This document shows, in pieces, positions 1 to 8,111 of a stretch of DNA of 64,000 bases; the stretch's first letter is position 1; each line of letters starts with the position of its first letter. This DNA is from Bryobacterales bacterium (lineage in GTDB: Bacteria > Acidobacteriota > Terriglobia > Bryobacterales > Bryobacteraceae), in the NCBI GenBank assembly GCA_963713415.1, contig CAVQLV010000004.1:945517-1009516 (forward strand), read 5' to 3'. The notes below the pieces were generated by a model. That model saw only the letters and a program-made list of their open reading frames with translations. It did not search any database and was not told the origin of the DNA. A program made the translations under genes and the position numbers.

Positions 1-1129
1 GCGCCTTCTCCCATTTCTCAAAGTCGACGGTGCCCGGAAACGGCGTCAGCATAACGAACTGCGCGAAAGTGAGACGGGCTCTTTGGGCAAGATCATGTGT
101 GGCGTCAAACGTGTCCGGACGATCGCTCGGCAGGCCGAAGATAAACGAACCAAGAACATGAACGCCGTGATCGGAAAACGTCTTGAGCTGTTTTACCAGA
201 TCGTCGCCAGACAAGTTGAAATCCTTGTAGACCGATTTCAAGCCTTCGGGGGTAACGGCTTCCACACCCACCAGGGCGCCCTTGATCCGGGCTTTCTTCA
301 TGGCATCCAGAAACCCGGTGTCTTCCGCGGCCTCCATGGTGATCTGCGTGAAGAAGGTCATGTCTTTCGGCAGTTCCGACAGCCTCTCCATGAGTTCGAA
401 CCGTTCCTTGCGCATAGCCTCAAGCTGAGCGACCCTTGCCTGATTGTTCTGTCGCTTTGCAAGTTCGATGTCTGTCAGGGTGACGGGATAAAAATTGTCG
501 TCCGCCAAAGCGATGAAGCTGAAACCTCGGCGGCGCAGCTCTACAATTTCCTCGACGACGCTGTCGGTCGCCCGCTGCCGGGGGCGTTGTCCATCCGTGC
601 GCCATACCGAACAAAACGAGCAGTGTTTGGCGCATCCGCGCACCGTCTGCACGGATGCCCACATATAGCTGTTCGTGGGCAGCAGATCCCACCGGGCCGG
701 CTTCAGGTCAGCCGGTTCTACTTTTCCGCCGTTGTAAATGCGTTGAGGAACGCCGGCTGCGCAGTCACTGAGAACGCGGTTCCAGATAAGGTCGCCATCG
801 CCCTTCACCACCACATGTGCACCGCCCTGCTCAAATGGCTCCTCTGGATACAGTGTGGAATGGATTCCCCCGAACACAACCCAGGCGCCCCGCTCGCGTG
901 CCGCGCGGCCCACTTCGTATCCTCGTAATGCGTTGCCGGTGTGAATCCCAATGCCCACGACGTCGCCTCGCTGAACGCGCCCCAGATCCAGGTGTACCAG
1001 AGTCTCATCGCAGATTTCGGGATCTCCGAAGGATTGGGTAGTCGCTGCGGCCAGCACATAAAGCCATCGTGGCGTGATCACTGCGGTTCCGAAGGAGGTA
1101 TCGCTTGGATTGACGAGGTGTATGGTCAT
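1..1129 (-). CDS. B12-binding-domain radical SAM protein, C-terminus cut by the window edge
   Basis: Own translation from the ATG at 1129..1127: MTIHLVNPSDTSFGTAVITPRW...VVGIGIHTGNA...VVFGGIHSTLYPEE...VQTVRGCAKHCSFCSVW, which contains the CxxxCxxC radical SAM motif. The frame stays open to position 1, so it is absent from the ORF track. The + ORFs 83..928 and 941..1195 are its antisense shadows. Confidence 0.85.
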   Translation of the reverse strand, partial: MTIHLVNPSDTSFGTAVITPRWLYVLAAATTQSFGDPEICDETLVHLDLGRVQRGDVVGIGIHTGNALRGYEVGRAARERGAWVVFGGIHSTLYPEEPFEQGGAHVVVKGDGDLIWNRVLSDCAAGVPQRIYNGGKVEPADLKPARWDLLPTNSYMWASVQTVRGCAKHCSFCSVWRTDGQRPRQRATDSVVEEIVELRRRGFSFIALADDNFYPVTLTDIELAKRQNNQARVAQLEAMRKERFELMERLSELPKDMTFFTQITMEAAEDTGFLDAMKKARIKGALVGVEAVTPEGLKSVYKDFNLSGDDLVKQLKTFSDHGVHVLGSFIFGLPSDRPDTFDATHDLAQRARLTFAQFVMLTPFPGTVDFEKWEKA

Positions 1130-1271
1130 TGTTCGCTGAAATCAAAATGGGTTACCGGCACTTACGTCCTCAGCTATTCTATAGTCCGTAACTGAAATTT
1201 ACCTGAGGAATCGCGACCGAAGGAACGAGTAGAATAACAGAGAGTAGTTTGACGGGTCACGCCAGCCGTCT

Positions 1272-2609
1272 TTATTTCCCTCTCTTCCTGAACTCGCGCT
1301 TAAGAAATCTTGCGAGCTTGGCTTCGAGCTCCGCCCGCGGCCTCGTCCATCTCTCGGCGCTCGTGCGAATGATATTTCCACGCCGCGCACGATGCTGAGA
1401 AGGCGCAAAGGGCTGGTAGCCGTTCACGAGTTGCGGTGTCGTGGGGGATGCCGAGGTGCCCGTTCTCCGTTCGCGAGGTTTCAGCGTGCGTACATAAAAC
1501 GCGTAATCAGGCAGCGTTTGGAGGCTCGAAGCCGGGATCTCCAGAGCGAACTCGCTTGCAAGGCGGAGTGCATCCGTTCCGCTCACCCGGAAGCTTACGA
1601 GCGTTCCGCAATTTGTAAATACCGCTGCGGCATCGTCCGGGGAAAGGGACTCGATTCCCTGCGTAGCGATCGTGAGGGGCACGAGAAATTTACGGGTCTC
1701 TGAAAAGAACGATTCAAAGTCGCCGATAAAGTTCTGCGCCTCTTCGGCGTAGAGCGGATGCGGTACACGATCTTCCTCCGGCACGTCATAGCGCGAGAGC
1801 GCGGCGATCTTGTGCTGCAAAAGGATGAGCGATCCCAAGAGCCGCGCATTATCGGACCCGATCGCGCCTTTCGAGAGATCACAAAGCAGAATCTTCTTGC
1901 CATCGATAACATCACGAAATCGGAACGTGGACTGGGCCGGACCGATCACGGCCCGGATGCGGGGATCGGTAAGGAACGGTCGCACTTTGTTCAACACCGG
2001 AGAAATCGCTTCTTCCCGGAACTGCGGCGTCCATTTGTTGAACGTGCTTTCAAAGAAGCTCTTCACGGCCGGATTCTTCACCTTGCGCAAGATGACGTCA
2101 CGGTATGACGCGTCGTTGAGAAAGCGGGGCAGATTCCAGAGCGACGTTGGGGAGGGGTGTTCGATAAGGGCGTAGAAACTGTTCCTGAAGATGTCTTCCA
2201 TGCGCGCGCCCACGGTGAATGCCTCCGGCCACAGCTTTTTGAAAATCCCCATCATGTTATCAACCACCAGACCGTCGAACTCCTGGCCCGGCGAATCGAG
2301 CAGGTTCAGCGGGATCGCGCGGGTGGAATCCTTCGGATCAAAATAAATCACGTCGCCGGTCCGTGAGCTCGGAATATGGTTGTCGAGGATGTCGTCCACA
2401 AGTTGGCCGTGCGGGTCGACGACTGAAACACCAGCGCCGGAGTCGATATCCCACGCGATCATGTTGCGCATGAGGGTACTTTTGCCAGCTCCGGTGGCGC
2501 CAAAAATAGCGAGATGCTTCCGGCGCGTCTCGGGTGAGATGGTGAAGATGCCATCTTCTTCTTGAAACCAATTCTCGTCTTTGGTGCCGATAGGGACGTG
2601 GTCGAGCAT
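1272..2609 (-). CDS. Short TraD/VirD4-like (type IV coupling protein / FtsK-HerA superfamily) P-loop ATPase
   Basis: ORF 1272..2966 trimmed to the internal ATG at 2609 (MLDHVPIGTKDENWF), because the upstream 119 codons overlap the divergent antitoxin gene. Walker A FGATGAGKST, Walker-B-like PLYAEEAQNF, and ATQGIESL. Motif order matches the ATPase core of 8112..11231. Confidence 0.7.
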   Translation of the reverse strand: MLDHVPIGTKDENWFQEEDGIFTISPETRRKHLAIFGATGAGKSTLMRNMIAWDIDSGAGVSVVDPHGQLVDDILDNHIPSSRTGDVIYFDPKDSTRAIPLNLLDSPGQEFDGLVVDNMMGIFKKLWPEAFTVGARMEDIFRNSFYALIEHPSPTSLWNLPRFLNDASYRDVILRKVKNPAVKSFFESTFNKWTPQFREEAISPVLNKVRPFLTDPRIRAVIGPAQSTFRFRDVIDGKKILLCDLSKGAIGSDNARLLGSLILLQHKIAALSRYDVPEEDRVPHPLYAEEAQNFIGDFESFFSETRKFLVPLTIATQGIESLSPDDAAAVFTNCGTLVSFRVSGTDALRLASEFALEIPASSLQTLPDYAFYVRTLKPRERRTGTSASPTTPQLVNGYQPFAPSQHRARRGNIIRTSAERWTRPRAELEAKLARFLKREFRKRGK

Positions 2610-2681
2610 GGTGGGTGACCGTTGAATTTTAACTGGAGATGGCGAACTGAAGAATGCACAGGGGCTGACGTAGTGCGTGGG

Positions 2682-2709
2682 TTGACGAATGTTGCCTATT
2701 TGGTATTGT
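2682..2709 (+). promoter_or_regulatory. Candidate sigma70 promoter of the toxin-antitoxin operon
   Basis: TTGACG (2682-2687), a 16-nt spacer, then TATTGT (2704-2709), about 55 nt upstream of the antitoxin ATG. Confidence 0.35.
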
Positions 2710-2763
2710 TCAGATGCGACAAATCTTTCAATTGGAGAAGTCGCGCCAGCTGTACTCACCGAT

Positions 2764-2976
2764 ATGAATCGCACTGCTACTAAACCGAATAATCCGCACG
2801 TCTTTGAAGAGGCGCGGGAGGCCATCATCAAGCTCACGACGTTGAGCCGCGTTTTGACGCGTGCGGAACTCGAAACACTCGAACTGCTGTTCGATAAGCG
2901 GGCGATGACGATCATCGGCAAGAGTCTGGAGGAAGCAGAGCGCGGAACGTATGAGCCGATTACCACAATCCGGTAA
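2764..2976 (+). CDS. Type II antitoxin (Phd/YefM- or RelB-like)
   Basis: ATG at 2764 inside ORF 2689..2976. 70 aa. C-terminal ELETLELLFDKRAMTIIGKSLEEAERG is typical of antitoxin tails. The stop codon abuts the toxin start (TAA then ATG). Confidence 0.65.
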   Translation: MNRTATKPNNPHVFEEAREAIIKLTTLSRVLTRAELETLELLFDKRAMTIIGKSLEEAERGTYEPITTIR

Positions 2977-3270
2977 ATGGACGAACGCTATCGCGTCTAC
3001 ATCACCCCATCGGCCCGCAAAGAAGTGAAGCGCTTTCCGAAGCGTGTGAAAGACGCCATTCTCGACGCAAGCGCCATTCTTGAGCGGGAGCCGTTTGTCG
3101 GCGAGCGCCTCACGGGCTCGCTTCATATGCTCTACTCGTTCCATTTCGCTGCTGGCGAATCACAGTATCGGATCGCTTACAGCCTGGACCATCCGCGGCA
3201 ACTGGTGATCGTGCATCTGATCCACAACCGCGAGAATTTCTATGAGAAGCTCAAGCGGATCTTTCACTGA
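2977..3270 (+). CDS. RelE/ParE-family type II toxin
   Basis: 97 aa. MDERYRVYITPSARKEVKRFPKRVKDAI...YRIAYSLDHPRQLVIVHLIHNRENFY is the classic RelE/ParE pattern, placed directly after a small antitoxin ORF. Confidence 0.8.
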   Translation: MDERYRVYITPSARKEVKRFPKRVKDAILDASAILEREPFVGERLTGSLHMLYSFHFAAGESQYRIAYSLDHPRQLVIVHLIHNRENFYEKLKRIFH

Positions 3271-3389
3271 AGGTTGCAGCTGGCGGGTTGGTACCCACTT
3301 ATGCCGGACGGGCCAAATGTCAGCTCAACCGTTAACTGAGGTCTCACTGCGGCCTTAACAATTAACGCTCCCATCGCGGAGAGCCATCT

Positions 3390-3938
3390 TTACCGTAAAA
3401 CCGCTTGCCCTATTACTCTAGTTGCTTCAACAATAAAATTTAAGAATTCCTGGCGCACGAGGAAAAAGCTTGGCTCCACAAGCCTGCGGAGTTCAGCAGC
3501 TTTGTGTACGTCATCGTGAAAATAGTGGCCGTTGATCCATAGGTCTGCAATCTGCTCCGGCTTTACCTCTTGCCCGTGAAATTTTAGGCTAAGTTGACTT
3601 CGCTGAACGTGCCGCTTCCATCCCTCTTGGTAGGTGACGATATGGCTCTTCAACTCATCGCTTGTGAAGTGCTTATGGCAGAGTCCATGGATGGAGCGGA
3701 TGAAAACTGGCTCGGTTGGACTGACAAACTTACGGAAGCTTATGAGATACGATCGGAGGTCTTCCTCATCTGGTTCAACGGACCGAAACATGGTCGGCTG
3801 ATTGACCCCAAATGACACCTGCCATTCGCTCGATAAGCCAGAAGAACGGAGAATGCGCATGCGGCTAAGTTCGTCCGTCCGCGTTACGAACAGTTCAAGC
3901 GTTTCCCGAGCCGATAAACCTGAGGCATGATGTCGCAT
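3390..3938 (-). CDS. Hypothetical protein (no recognisable motif)
   Basis: 182-aa ORF in a locally AT-richer stretch, with no competing ORF. Function unknown. Confidence 0.45.
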   Translation of the reverse strand: MRHHASGLSARETLELFVTRTDELSRMRILRSSGLSSEWQVSFGVNQPTMFRSVEPDEEDLRSYLISFRKFVSPTEPVFIRSIHGLCHKHFTSDELKSHIVTYQEGWKRHVQRSQLSLKFHGQEVKPEQIADLWINGHYFHDDVHKAAELRRLVEPSFFLVRQEFLNFIVEATRVIGQAVLR

Positions 3939-4052
3939 ACTAAGCCAAATAACCTAGGAACACAACTTTTCCCGTTGTTGAGCTCCTCTATAAACATAAT
4001 ACCAGTGCAATGTTCAATGGATTTGAATGCGAATGCATTGGCGTTGGCGCTC

Positions 4053-4841
4053 CTATCGGAGTAGGGCGTCCAAGGATAGCTCGTCCAACGATAGAAAATG
4101 GTATGCTCGCCGCTGCGCCGTAGACATCGTGGGATAGAGCGATGCCCGAAGTTTGTCGGCCCTCGCCGTGGTTTGGGTGACGATCGCGACTTGAAAATAG
4201 TCGATACCGAACTTCGCGACATGGCGCTGCTGTTGGTGATATGTGGCATAGGCGTTGATCTTCTGGGCGATGCGGGCGTGGGACATCGTGCCCACGTCCG
4301 CCTCTAGGAAGAAATGCAGTCTATTCTTCGCGGTTGGCGGGTTCGCGTACCGGAGAGTGAAATAGGCGTCCGGACGGATCGGGAGCTTTCCGTCCGTCGT
4401 CTCTACGCTGTCCCACAGTTTGGGCTGATCATGCTGCCAGGCTTCGAGCCGGATTTGGCCACTGCGAGGGAGAATCAGGAGTTTCGTATGGATGCTCGCG
4501 ACCAGAAGCGCGTGGGGGATCATGAGGTCCTTCCATTCCGTCTCCCGGCGTCGCCGATCGGTAAGCTCTTGGGGCGCATATCCGCCGTTTATGAGTACGG
4601 GGAAACCCTCGGAGCCAATCACGTACAGTCCCTTATGTGGCCTAGGCTTCAGGCGCGTGAGATACCGCTCCTCCCGGAGCTTCGGCAGGCGACGCTCCAG
4701 TGCTTTCTGCGAACGATTGGTGAGCACAGCCAGGTGGTCGATGGTCGCCACGCGAAGCTGGTAGACGTAATGCACGATCTCCGCGTCCCGCTCATTAAAT
4801 TGGAAACCGGTGCTGCTCATTGGTGGGGGGGATATGCCCAA
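4053..4841 (-). CDS. Replication-relaxation (Replic_Relax-like) family protein
   Basis: N-terminal wHTH-like FNERDAEIVHYVYQLRVATIDHLAVL...RRLPKLREERYLTRL and central LHFFLEADVGTMS match my recollection of PF13814 proteins from plasmids and ICEs. Needs an HMM check. The true start may be the Met at 4820. Confidence 0.6.
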   Translation of the reverse strand: MGISPPPMSSTGFQFNERDAEIVHYVYQLRVATIDHLAVLTNRSQKALERRLPKLREERYLTRLKPRPHKGLYVIGSEGFPVLINGGYAPQELTDRRRRETEWKDLMIPHALLVASIHTKLLILPRSGQIRLEAWQHDQPKLWDSVETTDGKLPIRPDAYFTLRYANPPTAKNRLHFFLEADVGTMSHARIAQKINAYATYHQQQRHVAKFGIDYFQVAIVTQTTARADKLRASLYPTMSTAQRRAYHFLSLDELSLDALLR

Positions 4842-5133
4842 CGGGTTGGTCTCGAAATTCTACCATCCATCGCGAAGTTTGATAATCGACGCCAACTTGA
4901 CCCATGTCCCAATCCGGTGTTCAATACGCGAGCTGCCTGCTCCTCTCTGCCTCCGGACGCGTCGAGTGTCCGCGCAATCGTGCAAGCGCCTTTCGCCAGC
5001 GACGAAATCGCACAACACCCGTTGCTGTAGAGGGCGCTTGCGCCCGCACGACGGCAGAGACAATCGGAACCGCTCTCAACGGCGGTTGGAGCAGACGCTT
5101 GCGTCATTGAGAGATGCTTCGCCTGCTTGGAGC

Positions 5134-5475
5134 GGGCAGCCCCCGTTGGGGGCTGCCCTCCCGTTCATTATTTTGAAAATCGTCGGAATCGGTTTGCCGG
5201 ATCTTTCCGGCAATCTTTTGAATTTTTTCCGGCTCGGCGTTGCCGAGCCGTGCACAACACCATTTGGAGAAGCGGCAATTGCCGCTTTCTCGGCTCACCA
5301 AGTAATTAGTTGTCGCCCACCAGGAGCCCGGAGCGGTTAGCGGAGGCCGCAGCCAGGCGGTTACGCCATGGCAAGGCGGCGATAGCGCCGGCTGATGCCG
5401 ATTTGGTCGATTCCCCACCTATTAGGTGGGCGACCCGAACGAAGTGAGCCGGTAGGAAAGCGGCATCAGCCGGCG
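5134..5475. repeat. Cluster of perfect hairpins and palindromes in a non-coding region
   Basis: GGGCAGCCCCC-GTT-GGGGGCTGCCC (5134-5158). GGCTCGGC-GTT-GCCGAGCC (5231-5249). GAAGCGGCAATTGCCGCTTC (5269-5288). CGCCGGCTGATGCCG (5386-5400) pairs with CGGCATCAGCCGGCG (5461-5475) and encloses CCCACCTA-T-TAGGTGGG (5414-5430). Confidence 0.8.
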
Positions 5476-5561
5476 GTTAAGCCGGCGACTGGTGGGCGTG
5501 CTAGTTACGCGATAGCACACGTTTTGCGGGCCTTTTGGCACGCGCGGTAGTTTACCAGGGT

Positions 5562-5602
5562 GTAGGAATGATTCCTACAGGCATTCCTACATGGATTCCT
5601 AC
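5562..5602. repeat. Iteron-like array of ATTCCTAC boxes
   Basis: GTAGGAAT-G-ATTCCTAC palindrome (5562-5578), followed by ATTCCTAC at 5583-5590 and 5595-5602. The three direct copies are phased at exactly 12 bp. There is an extra GTAGGAA at 5452-5458. Confidence 0.8.
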
Positions 5603-5655
5603 GGCTCCAAACATAGGTTTCACATAAGGATGAATTCTCTCAAGCGTAAGAGCGC

Positions 5656-7059
5656 TTACTTAATTTTCTTTACCAGCTCGACCAAAAGTTCGAGAAGCTG
5701 CTTGCCTTCTTTGCTGTTGGCTAGGGCAAAGAGCGTGGCGGGACTCTTCTCGCCTGCGGCCGCGATAATCTCCTCCTGGCCGAATGACTTCTCGCCTATC
5801 TGGACGCGGAATTTGTTCTGTTCGTCCGTAGGAAGAGGAGCAAGGTACGGGCCGATTGCTTCAAGCTCCAAGGCAAGCCTGCGGTTACGCCTTTCCGAGT
5901 TGAATAACTTGTCTGCCTGGGTTCCCGCATAGGCGGCGATGACCCCGAGCGATGCGAGAAAGACGACTCTTCCGGCAAATCCACCCCAGTTGAAGGCCCC
6001 CTTATCGTCCGAGAGAAGATAGAGCGTTTTGTACGCCATGAAGCTTAAGGAAATCATCGCGGCAACGGTGATGCTCTGCCACATCCACATCGTGCGTCGC
6101 GCATGATTGGCGGCGCGAAGATACCCCGAAGTAACGCCAAGGTTGCCGATAACGCCGACCAGCTTTTCGACGCGGAGTTTGTCGGATTCGATTTCCGAGA
6201 GGAGTTTCTGTGACTTGGCCGCATACTCCTGGTGAAGATCTTCCGTCTTCTGTGCGGAAGCTGAACGCAGTTCCGCTTCATCCTTAGCGAAAACGGCGTC
6301 ACGGTCCGATAGCGTTGAGCGAAAGGTCTCCAGCATCTCCTTGAACGAGTTCTCCTGCTGGCTCGAAACAGCGACGAACTGAGTGCTTCGTTGGTCCTGC
6401 CCTGCCGAAAACTGGGCCTGATGCTCCGATGTCAAACGAGTAAGCTCTTGCTGAGAGCTGGCTAGTGTTGTGGCGAATTCCTGATTTCTCTTCTCCTGTC
6501 CCTCGGAAAACTGACGCTGATGGTCGCTTACTACTTGGGTGAGCTGCTCGCGTTCTCTTTGAAAAGCATTCGACAATTCGCCGAAACTCTCCTTCAATCG
6601 GTTGGCCTCGATTGTGCTTTGCTGGCGGAATTCCTGTGCTTCCTTGAGTTGGCGCTCGAAGTCAGCCCTAGACGCGATCGCGGATCTGGCAAGTGCGCCG
6701 AGCTCCTCAGGTGTTTCAAGGGTCGGAACCTTCATGACTTCGCCGAGCGCCGAGTCTACCGCTGTATTGGCGTTGGCGACTCCGGAAGCATCCCTGCCCC
6801 CGGTGAATGCCTGAATTGCTTCCCGCGCCTGACTAAGTAGCGATGCAATGGCGTCAAAGGGCGCCGGGAACGCAATCAGTGGGTCGGTAGCCGCGAGCCT
6901 CTTACCGATGAAAGCCAAGGCTGCGCGCACACGTTCGAGTCCTGCCAAGCCAACGGCGTCAAGCTGGGAGAGGGGGATAGCTTGGTCAATGGCCGGTCCC
7001 AGCAAACCCATCTGCTGCCAGACGGCATGGTCCCGTATGCGTTCATCCCATTGACTCAT
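5656..7059 (-). CDS. Coiled-coil protein with a C-terminal two-TM hairpin, function unknown
   Basis: 467 aa. Long Q/E/R-rich heptad-like region (EFRQQSTIEANRLKESFGELSNAFQREREQL...). Two hydrophobic helices: TMWMWQSITVAAMISLSFMAY and WGGFAGRVVFLASLGVIAAYAG. Divergent from 7403..11231. Confidence 0.7.
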   Translation of the reverse strand: MSQWDERIRDHAVWQQMGLLGPAIDQAIPLSQLDAVGLAGLERVRAALAFIGKRLAATDPLIAFPAPFDAIASLLSQAREAIQAFTGGRDASGVANANTAVDSALGEVMKVPTLETPEELGALARSAIASRADFERQLKEAQEFRQQSTIEANRLKESFGELSNAFQREREQLTQVVSDHQRQFSEGQEKRNQEFATTLASSQQELTRLTSEHQAQFSAGQDQRSTQFVAVSSQQENSFKEMLETFRSTLSDRDAVFAKDEAELRSASAQKTEDLHQEYAAKSQKLLSEIESDKLRVEKLVGVIGNLGVTSGYLRAANHARRTMWMWQSITVAAMISLSFMAYKTLYLLSDDKGAFNWGGFAGRVVFLASLGVIAAYAGTQADKLFNSERRNRRLALELEAIGPYLAPLPTDEQNKFRVQIGEKSFGQEEIIAAAGEKSPATLFALANSKEGKQLLELLVELVKKIK

Positions 7060-7402
7060 TGAATGCCTCCAATAACTGCCTAAAGTGTTGTTGGAACAAC
7101 ATAAATGATAACCAAATCAGATCGTTTGCTGGGGAATCATCGTGATGTGTATTGGGTCGTCGCGGGGGTCGAAATCTGATCCGCAACAACACCTGAACGC
7201 GAATCTTGTTTTGGAAGTTGGAACGCTTGTTGGCAGGCATGCTGAGTCAGCGAGTATGATTGAAAAGCGAAACGGCCATAAGGCAAGATTACAAGTCTCT
7301 AGTCCGCGTAGTACTTTCCCGCTTGAGATTAGGCTGGTAGGCGTTGTGACTATTTCATAATGGAAGTACAATATTGAGAATTGCTCCACTAAGCGAGGGA
7401 TA

Positions 7403-8101
7403 ATGGCCAAACAAGCGAACGTTATTTCCCATTGGGATCAGCTCATCGAGAATTTCCAAGCGTCATCGCTCGAATTCTACAACTCAGTCGAGAAGGCTCT
7501 TGAAGGACGGGCGGTGCCTGAGATCCACTGGTCGCGAGTTGAACACAAAGAGGGCGGCCTCGCGAGTGCCAAGCGGCAATACTTGCGCACGCACCGAGGC
7601 AAGTACGCATTCGATATCTGCGCCGCACCGTTTGGCACGGGATTCTTCGTTTCCTGGTGGTTTACGGAGCCGCCGCTCCCGTTTGCGTTCCTCTACACGC
7701 TCGCGTTTCTGTTTGCCGTCGTGATCGCGATGAATATTGCCTTCGGCGTTGGCATGGCGATCGGAGCTGCGATGAATGGCTATGCTCTCGGCCTCTTCCT
7801 TGGCGGATGCGTCGCCATCTTTGGTGTGCCGGCATTCTTGTGGCTCATCGGCAATGGTATCCGGCAAGGAACGATACCGGGGGAACGGACAGTGTTCGCG
7901 ATGCCGCTCGTTGGTTGGATCTATGAACGGATCTTTGCACGGTCGACCTTCTATGCCATGGACACGGCGCTCATGTTCCAGAAGGCGGTGCACCAGGCCG
8001 TCCAAGAGGTGATCGAGTGCATGACGGCGAATAAAGGCGTTCGGGCGCTCACCGAAGCCGAGCGCAAACCGATCATGAGGCAATTTGGGGCTTCCGCCTG
8101 A
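7403..8101 (+). CDS. Integral membrane protein, function unknown (first gene of a two-gene operon)
   Basis: 232 aa. Soluble N-terminal region of about 85 aa, a hydrophobic block FFVSWWFTEPPLPFAFLYTLAFLFAVVIAMNIAFGVGMAIGAAMNGYALGLFLGGCVAIFGVPAFLWLIG, and a soluble C-terminal tail. It ends 10 nt before the 8112 ATG. Confidence 0.7.
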   Translation: MAKQANVISHWDQLIENFQASSLEFYNSVEKALEGRAVPEIHWSRVEHKEGGLASAKRQYLRTHRGKYAFDICAAPFGTGFFVSWWFTEPPLPFAFLYTLAFLFAVVIAMNIAFGVGMAIGAAMNGYALGLFLGGCVAIFGVPAFLWLIGNGIRQGTIPGERTVFAMPLVGWIYERIFARSTFYAMDTALMFQKAVHQAVQEVIECMTANKGVRALTEAERKPIMRQFGASA

Positions 8102-8111
8102 GTTCTAGGTC

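Noticed and set aside
83-928. 281-aa + strand ORF (with 941..1195 +) as a gene
   Set aside because: The opposite strand encodes an uninterrupted radical SAM protein with the CxxxCxxC motif. The + ORFs have a low-complexity, Arg/Gly/His-rich composition typical of antisense shadows in high-GC DNA.
2610-2966. N-terminal 119-codon extension of the 1272..2966 ORF
   Set aside because: It overlaps the divergent antitoxin gene and its promoter and has Ser/Arg-rich junk composition. The conserved ATPase begins right after the internal Met at 2609.
3361-3385. CTCTCCGCGA (minus strand) as the second att repeat matching the tRNA-Ser end
   Set aside because: Only about 11 of 15 positions match, and it is in inverted rather than direct orientation. 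This is compatible with chance.
5562-5602. CRISPR array
   Set aside because: The repeats are only 8 bp with 4-nt spacers and there are no cas genes. This is an iteron or operator pattern, not a CRISPR array. I noticed no CRISPR-like array anywhere in the window.
7484-8083. 199-aa minus-strand ORF
   Set aside because: It is antisense to the membrane protein 7403..8101. The + frame has coherent TM helices and operon context.
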